The position numbers and the translations under genes are program-made. A stretch of DNA of 61,173 nucleotides, the filler included, from Squatina squatina (lineage: Eukaryota): NCBI GenBank assembly GCA_031763465.1. It is 4 parts of 3 records of this genome, joined end to end, with 100 filler letters (N's around TTAATTAATTAA, not from the genome) between each part and the next. Parts side by side here need not be neighbours in the genome. Positions count along the whole stretch, not along the records: positions 28,398 to 45,830 come from JARFOE010000192.1; positions 45,931 to 61,173 come from JARFOE010000192.1; 2 more parts are not named here. One strand, written 5' to 3'. The notes beneath the pieces are model-generated. The model had not been told where the DNA came from and did no database searches. It worked only from the letters and a program-made list of their open reading frames with translations. Position 1 is the first letter of the stretch. Each line of letters starts with the position of its first letter. Shown here piece by piece: positions 37,825 to 48,552 of this stretch.

Positions 37825-37974
37825 NNNNNNNNNNNNNNNNNNNNNNNNNNNNNNNNNNNNNNNNNNNNNNNNNNNNNNNNNNNNNNNNNNNNNNNNNNNN
37901 NNNNNNNNNNNNNNNNNNNNNNNNCGGTACTTATAACTAAATAATTATCTGGTACAAGAACTGTTGCAAACTTG

Positions 37975-38120
37975 CCCCCTCTTGCTAGTCCAAAGGTGCC
38001 AAGGCCAATGCAGCAGCACCACTGTTGTCCCAGGTGAGATCAGCACAGACCACAACGTACTGGAGATTGTCCTGACTTATATAGCTTAGCATGGCACCAC
38101 TAGATATGCATTCATTTGAG
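37975..38120 (-). mobile_element. AmnSINE2-like SINE 5' fragment
   Basis: GGTGCCAAGGCCAATGCAGCAGCACC...GAGATCAGCACAGACC is reverse-complementary to the head region of the plus copies. Confidence 0.5.
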
Positions 38121-38184
38121 TCACTGAGGAAGTCTTAAGCCCATTTTTTTTTTTTTAAAACTTACAAGAAAACAAAATACTAAC

Positions 38185-38288
38185 CAAGTTACATGGAAAG
38201 CTTGTCGACACCCGTGTTTATTACAAGTCATGCAAGCACCGGTTGCTGCTTTGCTTTCACGGCCTTGTTCCTCACAGATGTAGCAAGT
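38185..38288 (-). CDS. MLLT10: Protein AF-10, extended PHD (PZP) domain exon
   Basis: 104-nt AG/GT exon TCYICEEQGRESKAATGACMTCNKHGCRQAFHVT(C); downstream exons fit AF10 rather than the paralog AF17. Confidence 0.95.
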
Positions 38289-39454
38289 CTGCAACAAAAA
38301 AAGTGGACAAAACCTAATTTTTATCAAATAACTAAATTTAGAGGTCCCAACAACTCTTAATAATAGATGCCATTTCACATACATTATGATTTTACAACTG
38401 AGTCAAAAGGAAAACCACGAAAATAGATTTGCAAGTATTATTAAAAAAAACTTGCTTACAGTGCACACTCCTGTTATTGCAATTTCGATCATATTTTGTC
38501 AGCAGTCATCATGTCAACTTTTCCAACTCAATTTTGCCAAGACAACTGTCATATAGTTGTAGCCGCCACTGAGTGTCCCTGTGGAGCAAGTCCCATCTGT
38601 CTCCCAGAAGTCACCATCTTGTGANNNNNNNNNNNNNNNNNNNNNNNNNNNNNNNNNNNNNNNNNNNNNNNNNNNNNNNNNNNNNNNNNNNNNNNNNNNN
38701 NNNNNNNNNNNNNNNNNNNNNNNNTTCTTGCTCATCCCTTTACTTTCCCGCCTCTCATTCTCCCATCTCATACACTTTTATCCATGCAACTCCCACCACA
38801 CCTTCTAAATCGGTCTCTCTCAATTTCCCTTCTGCCTCTCATTCCCTTCTATCTCTCATTGTTCCTCTTATTACCTGGTCTCTTTCTCCCAGTTTCCTGA
38901 ATGACTCTCATTCATTCCCATATTGTTACCATGCAGCATCTAGAATACAGGTAATAGCATCTGGCTTCTTTTCCCACTGTAAAGGCCAGTATTGCTGTTT
39001 AGGAAGAGGAGTAGGCCATTTACGTCCTCAAACCAGTTTTGCTATTCTGTTAGACTATGGCTGAACTGTACCTCAACTCCATTTACCAGTCTTTATCCCT
39101 GGATACTCTTATCTAACAAAAATCTATTGATTTCAGTTTTGAAAATTTCTCAATTGAACTTGTTATCACAGGTACATGCCTCTGCTCATGGTAGTATTAA
39201 TATTACAACTCATTTGCACTGTGGCCAGTTTGCTTACAAGTCAAATGTGTACTGCAGGCCCCGACAACTGACAGNNNNNNNNNNCAGAGTCAAAAAGAGC
39301 CACAGTTCAATAAATGGCACACTCCACTTATAAGAGAGACACATGTAGCTCATGAAACACAGGTTGACTACCATATATTGCAAAATTTCTTCCAGCATTC
39401 CACATCAGACAGTTGTGCTACCATAAACTAAACATTTTAAAACCAAGCATTCAC

Positions 39455-39538
39455 CTGATTTTGATCTTCTAATTCTTCCACATCATCCTCTAGCCCGGAC
39501 AACGGAATCAGTTCTTTTGATTCTTGCATGAGTGATAT
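39455..39538 (-). CDS. Unidentified symmetric coding exon (acidic)
   Basis: ttttcctatttAG and GTGAAT ends, 84 nt, only phase 0 open: ISLMQESKELIPLSGLEDDVEELEDQNQ. Confidence 0.55.
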
Positions 39539-42009
39539 CTAAATAGGAAAATAATTTAACGAATTAGTAAAACAATTGTATAATTATGGAACATCAAAGG
39601 GTACTAAATCTAGATATCTACAAAACAAAGGAGGGTTGTTACATCTGACAGAATGAGGAGACTGTTTCTCACACTGCACAATATGGGAAGAGACATTTGA
39701 GAACGGCCAGAATAAGTGACTTAAGATTTTCTCTACCCATGCAGAAGGCCTCTTAGCAACTTAAAAGACCCGATTTCAAATTGAAATTTCAAATGGTGAG
39801 GAGACCCACTGGGCCACTAGAACCAACATTTCTATTGGAATCAACTGACAGCAAGTCCACTTGTAATGAGATAGAACAAGTATTGCCATATCCTGGAAAA
39901 ACATCAAATTATATGAAAATTAGATGTTCCCATAGATTACACAACTGAAGTGTAATGCTGCTTCTTCAAAGTGCTGAGTTAACAGCCTGGCCAAGAACTA
40001 TTCCAACTAGTAGCAAGCAAGTAGGTTAATCACAGGTAGCCCTGAGACTCAAGTCTGAAGCAATTTAGTTGGAAGTGTGTGTTTGAATGCTTATACTACA
40101 AACTAACTGAAAATTATAATTTTGGTTTTGGTTTAATAATTTAATTACCTTGTTGAAGCGTTCATGGGGANNNNNNNNNNNNNNNNNNNNNNNNNNNNNN
40201 NNNNNNNNNNNNNNNNNNNNNNNNNNNNNNNNNNNNNNNNNNNNNNNNNNNNNNNNNNNNNNNNNNNNNNGAGAAATACAGACGGATCAGCTCCTGTGGA
40301 CCCACAGCCTTGCACGAGTATGTATCTTCAGAAGCGGAGAAATAAGGAGGAAAAAATATTTTTATTCTGCACGAAGAGAATTTAAGTATGTTATTGATTT
40401 GAGGGGACAGGACCGACACAGAAAGACAAAATTATCCATGTCTATTTTCAAATAAACTATTAATTTCAAGTCAATTATGACTATGTAGGCCAAGAACTAT
40501 GGATTATGCCCATACAATAGTAGTAAATAATGAATGACAGAAGAAAGCAAAGCTTCAGCAATTTGCTGGTAATACCAACTGAACTTCAAGATTAGATTAC
40601 CACCTTTAACTGATAGCTTTCTTTTTTTAAAGAAAAAGATACAATTATATTTCTGGCATTTGTGTTGCACTGCCCCATCTCAGGCATACTCAATTCCCTT
40701 GATTTTTTTTTTTAAAAGTATTAATATCTTGTAATACGATATTAAGAAAAGGGTATTAACCTCTTGAGGATTAGGAATTGACTCATCTAGGTGCTGGAGA
40801 CTGCCATTTATGAGCTTGCCTTGACAGCCAAGACTGGCTATTAGTGGAACCCATATCAATCTTCACATTCTAGGCTTTTCATTAGTCAGAAAAGCAGCCG
40901 TTCAAAAACAAAAAGGTTTCTTTCTTGTCTAAAATGTGTGGTTCGGGCTGGAAGGCACAAGCAGCAAGGCAAATTTTACAGAGGGAAAGATCAGAAGTAA
41001 AAGTTAAAATAAAACGAAAAAATAAGAACAGGAGGACAGAACAAATAAATTATTTATTTAAATATTAATTATGTTTATGCATTTCGTAGTTTTAGCTCAA
41101 TATTACAGGAGATTGCTAAGATTGCTTAATAATGTTTGTCAATATATGTGCATGAATTGGAAAAGAAAACTGGTCAGGCCTAGGAAGATTTTCCTGAAAG
41201 TTTCAACAGACTAGAGCTGCTTTGACACTGGGGAGTTGTTCAGCTCATATCACAGGAGAGTGGCATCCACATTACTAAAACTGGCTCCCTTATCCCAGCA
41301 GCAGAATCACAGATCATGCAAGTGTGGGTTTACAATTCTGTTAAAGAGGCTGATTTTAACAATGTAAATTCAGAATGACAGTGCATGGAAACCACTCCCC
41401 CATGATCTGAACTAAAGGCACTTCAACTGTTAAGCTTCAGCATAAGGTTGCTTACCAAAATATAGCAAATTTAATTTACAATACCTGAACAGATATGTCA
41501 TACTAATGCTGTACCACCATATTAAATTCAAAAAAGAAAACTATTTCTTATAAATTGTAATCTTGCGTTTGAAAAAGGAAGACACTGCATGACACTTAAA
41601 GTTTCATAAGGACAATGTACTTTTTTTTTAAATAAAGACTTCATTCTAGACCAACTCCCAGAAAAGCTCAGATGCTGCAACTCAACAAATGAATATTCAA
41701 GAACTAAGTGTGAACAGTTGTGATTTTAATCCACTTGAATGAAGTTGTCTAGGCTTCTAAAACACTTTGCTCAACAGGCCAGCTGGCACCTCAAAAGCTA
41801 CAATTTAGAACGTAGAAGATTTTGAAAAGCATAATGGAAGTGTTTAGAAATGATGACGAGAAACTGTATGAATGCAAGTATTTATCATGACATTTATATC
41901 ACGTAATCAAAACTTAAGATTAGAGACAAATATCAAAGTAAATTCTATAAAAAGGTTGTGTTTTTTCAGTGTAATTTCTTTCTTCACTATAACTTTACCA
42001 CCAATTTAT

Positions 42010-42390
42010 CCCCACCTCTTTTACTGAAGTCATACAGACCTTGCTGAAAAGGTACCACACCCTTCCAATACCTTGCACAAGTAGCCATTTTTCAAGCATG
42101 AATCTTGACAGCAAGGGTCAGCAAGCTACATGACCACGCTAGGTGTCACAACTGAGCCTAATTGTCTTTCCTGAATGTCTTAACACACATTTCCAGAAAG
42201 TATTACTGGATAGTGAGCAGGAACAGAAAACCGAGATGATTTCCCTCTCTAACTTCCTGAGGCCAATTTTATTGCCCTTACTACTGCCCCAACTGAGAAC
42301 AAACAAGTACAGGCTGGAGATCAAACATTAGGGCCATCCAGCAAAGTTTGCCTCAGCTATTCACCACATTAACTAACTGAACCATCCAGG
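42010..42390 (-). mobile_element. AmnSINE2-like SINE, diverged
   Basis: CAAGTAGCCATTTTTCAAGCATGAATCTTGACAG...ACTGGATAGTGAGCAGGAAC...TGAGGCCAATT are collinear with the other copies. Confidence 0.55.
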
Positions 42391-42831
42391 GCAGAGGGAA
42401 GTACAAAGACAAGGAATTTAAAAAGAACACAAAATGTCAAAAGAGCTGAGAAACTGTGCCTGTTGGGCAGAGACACATTTGGTACAAAACGGTTCATGAC
42501 TATCCATGGTTAGACAACAGGGTGGTGGATAAGACTTTGTGCAATTGTCAAACACTTTGAGTTGCACTCGGTGGCTAGGGAAATTTGCTTGTATGACAGA
42601 AAAATAAGTCCCCAGTGATAATACTAGAGATGCTTTTGTATTATTCTTTTAGTATTGTCAGGTTCCTGAAAGACTGATTTTGCACAGCTGACCACAAGCC
42701 AATCTAAGTCTGTAGGGACTCACTCAGACCAAAACACCTGCTAAAAACAGGCCTTCTCAACAGCTCGTCCTAGGAGTCCCAGCAGTCTTGCATTTGGTTT
42801 ACAGCTGACTGCACACAATCCAATGGTATAT

Positions 42832-42920
42832 GGAGTTAGGTCACAGATCAGCCATGATCTCATTGAATGGCGGAACTGGCTCGAGAGGCTAAATGGCCTA
42901 CTCCTGTTTCTATGTTCCTA
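42832..42920 (+). mobile_element. Short 5'-truncated CR1 3' end
   Basis: GATCAGCCATGATCTCATTGAATGGCGGAACTGGCTCGAGAGGCTAAATGGCCTACTCCTGTTTCTATGTTCCTA. Confidence 0.85.
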
Positions 42921-43964
42921 ATCCGTGTTTCGCAAACATACCACCGCTAGCCCGGATCTCATGCAGTGCAAGGTCTTACCAAGCAAATAGGTTTATCAAA
43001 AAATGTATCTTACACAGAATTCATGTATTGACAAAAAGGAGAGATCTGGTAAAATATTCACTTTATATTTCACTAACCCTCAGTAGTATACACATTTAAG
43101 TGACTTAAATCGGCCAAGATTAGGCATTAATGTGTGGTAAAAGCAAACATTCCTAAAACCACCATGAACTACTGTGGTAATGAACATTCCTTGCACTTCA
43201 ATTCATTTAGTTCCCTGTACCAGCGTAAAGTAATTAGGAACACGATTTCATTAACTTCTTTGAAAGTGCTTACAAAGAAAAACTGGCTATGAAAACAATA
43301 GTACCACAAGAATCAGGTTTATCAACATAAGTCATGGCTAGTAGCACACCACGCCTTCTTATTTGAAATCACCATACCACGAGGACTTCTAAATGGAGGT
43401 GGGTAACTTGTAAACTTTAGAAATTGCAGATGTCTGTAGTAGCTCCAGTTTCAGGAGATATAAATCACATTGTGTCAAACAACGATTACAAGTAAGAAGA
43501 GAACTACCATACCATCATACATATACTTATCCTGTTACACCCACTAAGAACAAGGACACTGCTAAAACATAAATAATGTGTCCTGTTTAATGAGCAACAT
43601 AATATAAGGTAGGCAACGCACAAAGCAATATGCTTTGAACACTGACAAAATTGTTAGAAGAGTCCTCAGCACATATACCACTGTGGCAGGCCTCCTTTTG
43701 CATACTGCTCCCATTTAATGCAATTGAAATGGACATTCAAATCCAAGCCAACGCACATTTTTTAATCCAATTTTACACATCCTATCCATGACCACATCAC
43801 ATTAATGTCACTTGGTACTGTAATTAATATGGTACTAGTTGTCTGAGATTTGGCCTGTTTGCTCTCTTGACTCAGTAAGTTTATCCAACAGATAAGCTAA
43901 TTGAGCAAACCCAGCAGAGTCAAAACCTGCCAGAAAGGAACGAGAGAAGACAGGCAAAGAAAAA

Positions 43965-44355
43965 AAGACTCTTTCCCACCTCACCCCACACATCTTCTCC
44001 CATCAAGGAATTTGTGCTGAGGTACAGTTCCACAGATGTCAGCAGCACTCCACTAACTCACGCAGGTGGCCATTCTTCATGTGCAAGTCTAGACAGTGCC
44101 ATCAAACTATTTACCATGAAAGACACTACAGATCAACCTGATTCAGTCTTCACCTTACATACACACACACATGGAATTTACAACAGGTAATTTCCCTGGA
44201 TAACAATCTAAAAGAATAATCTTAGCTCATTTTTTGTTTGAGGATAACTGCTGCATTGGTTCACATCAGCTAACTCAGTCAGCGATCAAACTCAGATCTT
44301 TTGGGCTGTGTGGTGTAATACCACAGCATTTACCCACCAAGCCACCAAAGGGAAC
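43965..44355 (-). mobile_element. AmnSINE2-like SINE, diverged, near full length
   Basis: GGTGGCCATTCTTCATGTGCAAGTCTAGACAGTG...ATCAGCTAACTCAG...CATTTACCCACCAAGCCA (A-box-like head on the minus strand). Confidence 0.65.
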
Positions 44356-45099
44356 CGACCATTTCTTTCAACTGGATCCCCAATAGTATATTCAATTTGA
44401 TCTAACTATATGTACAATGGTATTTATGACTTGCTTTAAAAAAGCAGTCCAATGCTATTATAAACTGACCTAGTTTCTAGATATCTTTTTTGCTGAACAG
44501 GTTAAAATATGCAATTTACAATTTCACACATTTATATTTAAACCCTCCTGATAAAACAATTAAATTCCTGTAAATTACAATTATTCCTCAGATGCGAGAC
44601 TAAAGTCAAACATGTTGCCAAAAATAATATAAACTCAACTAGAAGAGGTTGGGTCTTAAATTTAGATGTATTAATTCCTATTTCAAATAAGGCAGTCTAT
44701 TTTAAAAGTTGTACAGATAAGTGCTTTCATTGTTCAATTTCACGTGCAGAGTACTGAACATGTTCCATTATATAATGCTGTCCCTCAAAACAATTATACA
44801 TACAGGCCACATAAATTGTTATTAAATCAGTCTATGTAAAATCACAAACAGAAACAATTTCACATACAAACAACCACTAGATGGAGTCCACATTTCAAAA
44901 TACATATTTAAAAATTACTTTGTTTTTCAGAATACATGAAAAAACGAGTAGTTGATGTGTTGAGCAATACACCACTTGTGACAACAGACCTATAGTTCAC
45001 TTTTATGTGTCACTGTTACGAGTTATTAGACCCAGTGTCGCTGAATGCTTTTCTATAAATAACGAGTACAAAACGCAAAAACAGCAAATGCTACCAAAC

Positions 45100-45595
45100 C
45101 TATCCTTTCATCTATCCAGCCACCAGTCTCTTCAAGGATGGATTCTCGGCGACAAGGGACATAGGAAACATGGCTCATGACTCCCCAGTGAAACCCCACC
45201 ACTGCAGGCAAGCTTTCATACAATGAAAGCCATGCTGCCACCCACAATCACATTGAGCAGACCATTGGTCTGCTGAAGCAGACATTTCATTGCCTTGACC
45301 GCTCCCTACAGGATTCACCCCACTGGATTTCCCAGTTCACCGTCAAATCTGCTGCATGTTACACAACCTTGCAATCATGCGGGCAAAGCCACTTGAGGTG
45401 GAGATGCCAGAGGCAGATAATGATGATGGAGAGGAAGGGGAGAACGAGGAGCCGGAGGAAGAACTTGAGGATCATCCTCATGAAGTGCAAGAGGTCCCTG
45501 AGCAATATGAGGAAGGGAGGAGGAGGCGATGAGCTGGATGTAACCCTGCCAGGGAAGCTGGAGCTAAACTTATTAGAAATCGATTTAGTCAAACC
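45100..45595 (+). mobile_element. PIF/Harbinger DDE transposase C-terminal remnant (frameshifted)
   Basis: QGWILGDKG / TWLMTP..PTT..SYNESHAATHNHIEQTIGLLKQTFHCLDRSLQDSP / ICCMLHNLAIMR plus an acidic tail match HARBI1-type motifs. Confidence 0.88.
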
Positions 45596-45754
45596 CATGA
45601 GTGTTCCGTTCCCTTCTGTGCCTCAAGTAAGAGGTAGTGTGCTGTCCTGAACCATTGGCACAACAAACCTTGAAAAGTAAAAGCATCCTGCAGTCAATAA
45701 AGCAAAATGCATGTAATCACAACATAAACTATAAACAGTAGCAAAAATCTGTCC

Positions 45755-45830
45755 AAAAAATGCTGGAAAAACTCAGCAGGTCAGGCAGCATCTGTGGAGA
45801 GAAAAACAGAGTTAACGTTTCGGGTTGATG
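45755..45830 (-). mobile_element. Penelope-like terminal repeat fragment with the 3' half of a minimal hammerhead ribozyme
   Basis: Minus strand reads CATCAACCC-GAAAC-GT-TAACTCTGTTTTTCTCTCCACAGATGCTGCCTGACCTGCTGAGTTTTTCCAGCATTTT; truncated by the linker. Confidence 0.6.
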
Positions 45831-45930
45831 NNNNNNNNNNNNNNNNNNNNNNNNNNNNNNNNNNNNNNNNNNNNTTAATTAATTAANNNNNNNNNNNNNN
45901 NNNNNNNNNNNNNNNNNNNNNNNNNNNNNN
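45831..45930. other. Artificial scaffold linker (six-frame stop)
   Basis: 44 N + TTAATTAATTAA (45875-45886) + 44 N. Confidence 0.97.
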
Positions 45931-46530
45931 GATCATATTGATAAACTGTTCAAGCTCAGCTTTCACAAATTGCATCATCTTGACCCCGACGTGTTACTGC
46001 CTTTCCATACTCTCCAGCTGGTTCATTATCACATGATGGTGGCCAAATGCAGATTTTTCCAGTTTGCACACAAGGATAGTCTAGCACCCAGCCGAAAATG
46101 ATAATTACACAGGGACATATCCACATTCCATGCAATGCATCATTTGTTTGTACACCAACCCAGGTCTAAAGTTTGGATGGAATATGAAACATAGAAAAGA
46201 ATCTAATTCCTAAGCAAAGCAACAGAAAAAGGCAGCCACTTGTAATTCTGAAAAATAAGCCAGAAAAATGTTTACAAATTTTCAGTGATCAACTAAGTAT
46301 ACTTGTAGCCCTATAAGAGCCTAGTTAGTTTACTATCCAGTGTGTTACTTTGGTGTTCTGCTTATATTGGAATTCTGTATACTCAATTGCACTCCGTGGA
46401 GGGCCCACCTGATTCTTGGGTAGTCTTGAAGTGTGCATTTTACAGTGTCTTAAAATGTAACTGTTGAGCATTTGTTTAGGTTGGCTTAATTCAGTAATTA
46501 CTTTTTTGTTCAAGGATAATCATTACTTAC

Positions 46531-46648
46531 TTGAAGTATTTGGCCATCAGTGAGAGGTCAGATTGTCCATCTGGGATTGGATTTAGGCTCTTGTCTTGGT
46601 CAATAAAGCAGTTGAATATGCAGACAAGTTGTCTGACATTGGCTTCAA
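46531..46648 (-). CDS. Unidentified coding exon
   Basis: Branch-like ctaac, AG acceptor and GTAAGT donor; 118 nt with one open frame: EANVRQLVCIFNCFIDQDKSLNPIPDGQSDLSLMAKYF. Confidence 0.55.
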
Positions 46649-47129
46649 CTGATGATAACAGTATTGTTAGTTGTTTACTTTTTTTTCTTGTAGTATCGGA
46701 TCAACCAGGACTTCACATTATTGCTGAAGTACTTTTTACTGCAGTTTAAATGTGCTGGTATTGCATCTCTGTTTTGGAATAAAGCCAAAGACAATTTTTT
46801 TTAATTGCCTTTTCTCCCTCTTAGCTCTGTTATGGCTGTCTGCCATATAACTTAATTTCTTCATAACTCAAGCACTTCAAGGATTTAGCAAAATCTGAAT
46901 GATATAAATGAAATGGCAATGATCAGGACTGTCCTGAGAGTCTGTGACCTGACTAATTGTCAACAGACAAAATAAAATTGAACAAAAGACTGTCATCTTG
47001 TTCTTTTCAAAACTGATCTGCTGACAGCTTTGGCTATCTGTAAATATTCCCATTAAACATTAACTCATCACCTTTTAATTTTTTTTCTCTAAATTTGATG
47101 GGACTACTTTACTCTTTACTACTAAATTT

Positions 47130-47205
47130 CAACAGTACTCCATTGGCTGTAAAGCGCTTACGACATCCTAAGGATATGTAAGGCGCTATATAAATGCAAG
47201 TTTTT
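47130..47205 (+). mobile_element. SINE tail fragment
   Basis: CATTGGCTGTAAAGCGCTT...GGCGCTATATAAATGCAAGT. Confidence 0.7.
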
Positions 47206-47322
47206 CACATTATTTTGATGCAACTTGCACAATGACCTCCTAGTTCTGGTTTTTAAAAAAAAATTACTGCCAAGAGTTGAACTGGAAGAATTGAGCCATG
47301 TGTATGTTTAGTGCACCTACAG

Positions 47323-47582
47323 AGGAATTCAGCAAGGAGAGCTGGATAGCACTCTTAAGTGCCCAGAGCTTCCAAAACCTTGTTCAACCTCTTGACTCAG
47401 GAGTCCAACCAAACATTTTTCAGATGTCCAGTGGGACATTCAGGTGTCTACTGTTACGAACAGTGTACAAATATCTTTATTTGTGCAATTGCACAAGGAA
47501 GGACTCAGTTCTGAGGACATTTGTTTATTCCCATTACTGCCTCAAGAAAGAGTCCTGGAAATTGCAAGCTCTGGTGCATCAA
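47323..47582 (+). other. Exon candidate of an unidentified gene or pseudogene
   Basis: ctacAG and GTAAAT ends, 260 nt. One frame is fully open (EEFSKESWIALL...KLQALVHQ); another has a single TGA at 47393-47395. Confidence 0.45.
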
Positions 47583-47903
47583 GTAAATTGAGGTTGCAAT
47601 GCATCTTCAACAAAGTGGGCAGAAAGTAAAGTTTGCCCAACAAATATTTTTGAATACATTTTCTGGTTATTAGCACTAGACTGCTTTAAGCCCCAATGAT
47701 GTAAGAAAGTCTTGCAGTATTCAAATGTTCAGCAACAGGTGATTAACAAATCTCCGAATCTGTTAAGTGTGTTTTAAATGTTTCTAAATGTAGTAAAATT
47801 ACTAATGACGGTAATTTTACTAAATCATTTTTCTGAAATGCAAGATCTATTTCTTTGGGCACTGTTTGAATTAGTCTTGTGAATTCTTTTCTGCATTTGT
47901 CAG

Positions 47904-48137
47904 AAAAATATGAAAGAGCTCAACTGAATTTTTGCAGAATATACCCAGAAAGGTTTCTTGTGCATATAACAAATGAAAAGATGACCTTCCGGGAAGAAGA
48001 AAATCTGCAAAATATCATTGTTAATGAAATCTTTCAGTTTTATGTCCCAACAGAAGCTAACTTTTTTTTTTCTGTTCAATTTCCTCGATGGTTCATCCCA
48101 AACTTCATATGACAGAATGAGGAAACCTTTAAAAATG
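47904..48137 (+). pseudogene. Exon with an in-frame TGA (pseudogenised, recoded or miscalled)
   Basis: Acceptor ttcttttctgcatttgtcAG and donor GTAAGT, 234 nt (multiple of 3). Phase-1 frame reads KYERAQLNFCRIYPERFL...FPRWFIPNFI*QNEETFKN with TGA at 48110-48112. Confidence 0.45.
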
Positions 48138-48291
48138 GTAAGTATTACAAGATTCTTTAAGGATCTTGTTATCATCTTTACAGATGCTATANNNNNNNNN
48201 NNNNNNNNNNNNNNNNNNNNNNNNNNNNNNNNNNNNNNNNNNNNNNNNNNNNNNNNNNNNNNNNNNNNNNNNNNNNNNNNNNNNNNNNNNN

Positions 48292-48552
48292 GGTCTCTTG
48301 CACATCCCCGATTTTTAATCGCTCCACCATTGGCGGCCGTGCCTTCAGCTGCCAAGGCCCTAAGCTCAGGAATTTCCTCCCTAAACTTCTCTGCCTCTCT
48401 AACTCTCTCTCCTCTTTGACCAAGCTTGCGGTCATCTGTCCTAATATTTCCTTATGTGTCTCGGGGTCAAATTTTATTTGATAACGCTTCTGTGAAATGC
48501 CTTGGGACATTTTAATACATTAAAGGCGCTATATAAATGCAAACTCCTGTTG
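48292..48552 (+). mobile_element. L2 LINE 3' end
   Basis: CGCTCCACCATTGGCGGCCGTGCCTTCAGCTGCCAAGGCCCTAAGCTC (GGRAFS..GPKLWN) and tail GGCGCTATATAAATGCAA. Confidence 0.88.

Noticed and set aside
40271-40317. Partial plus-strand exon ending at GTATGT (also 5050-5063 ending at GTAAGC)
   Set aside because: Too short, cut by gaps and frame-ambiguous, so it cannot be supported
45359-45650. Basic ORFs listed on both strands
   Set aside because: Off-frame and antisense readings of the acidic tail of the Harbinger transposase remnant
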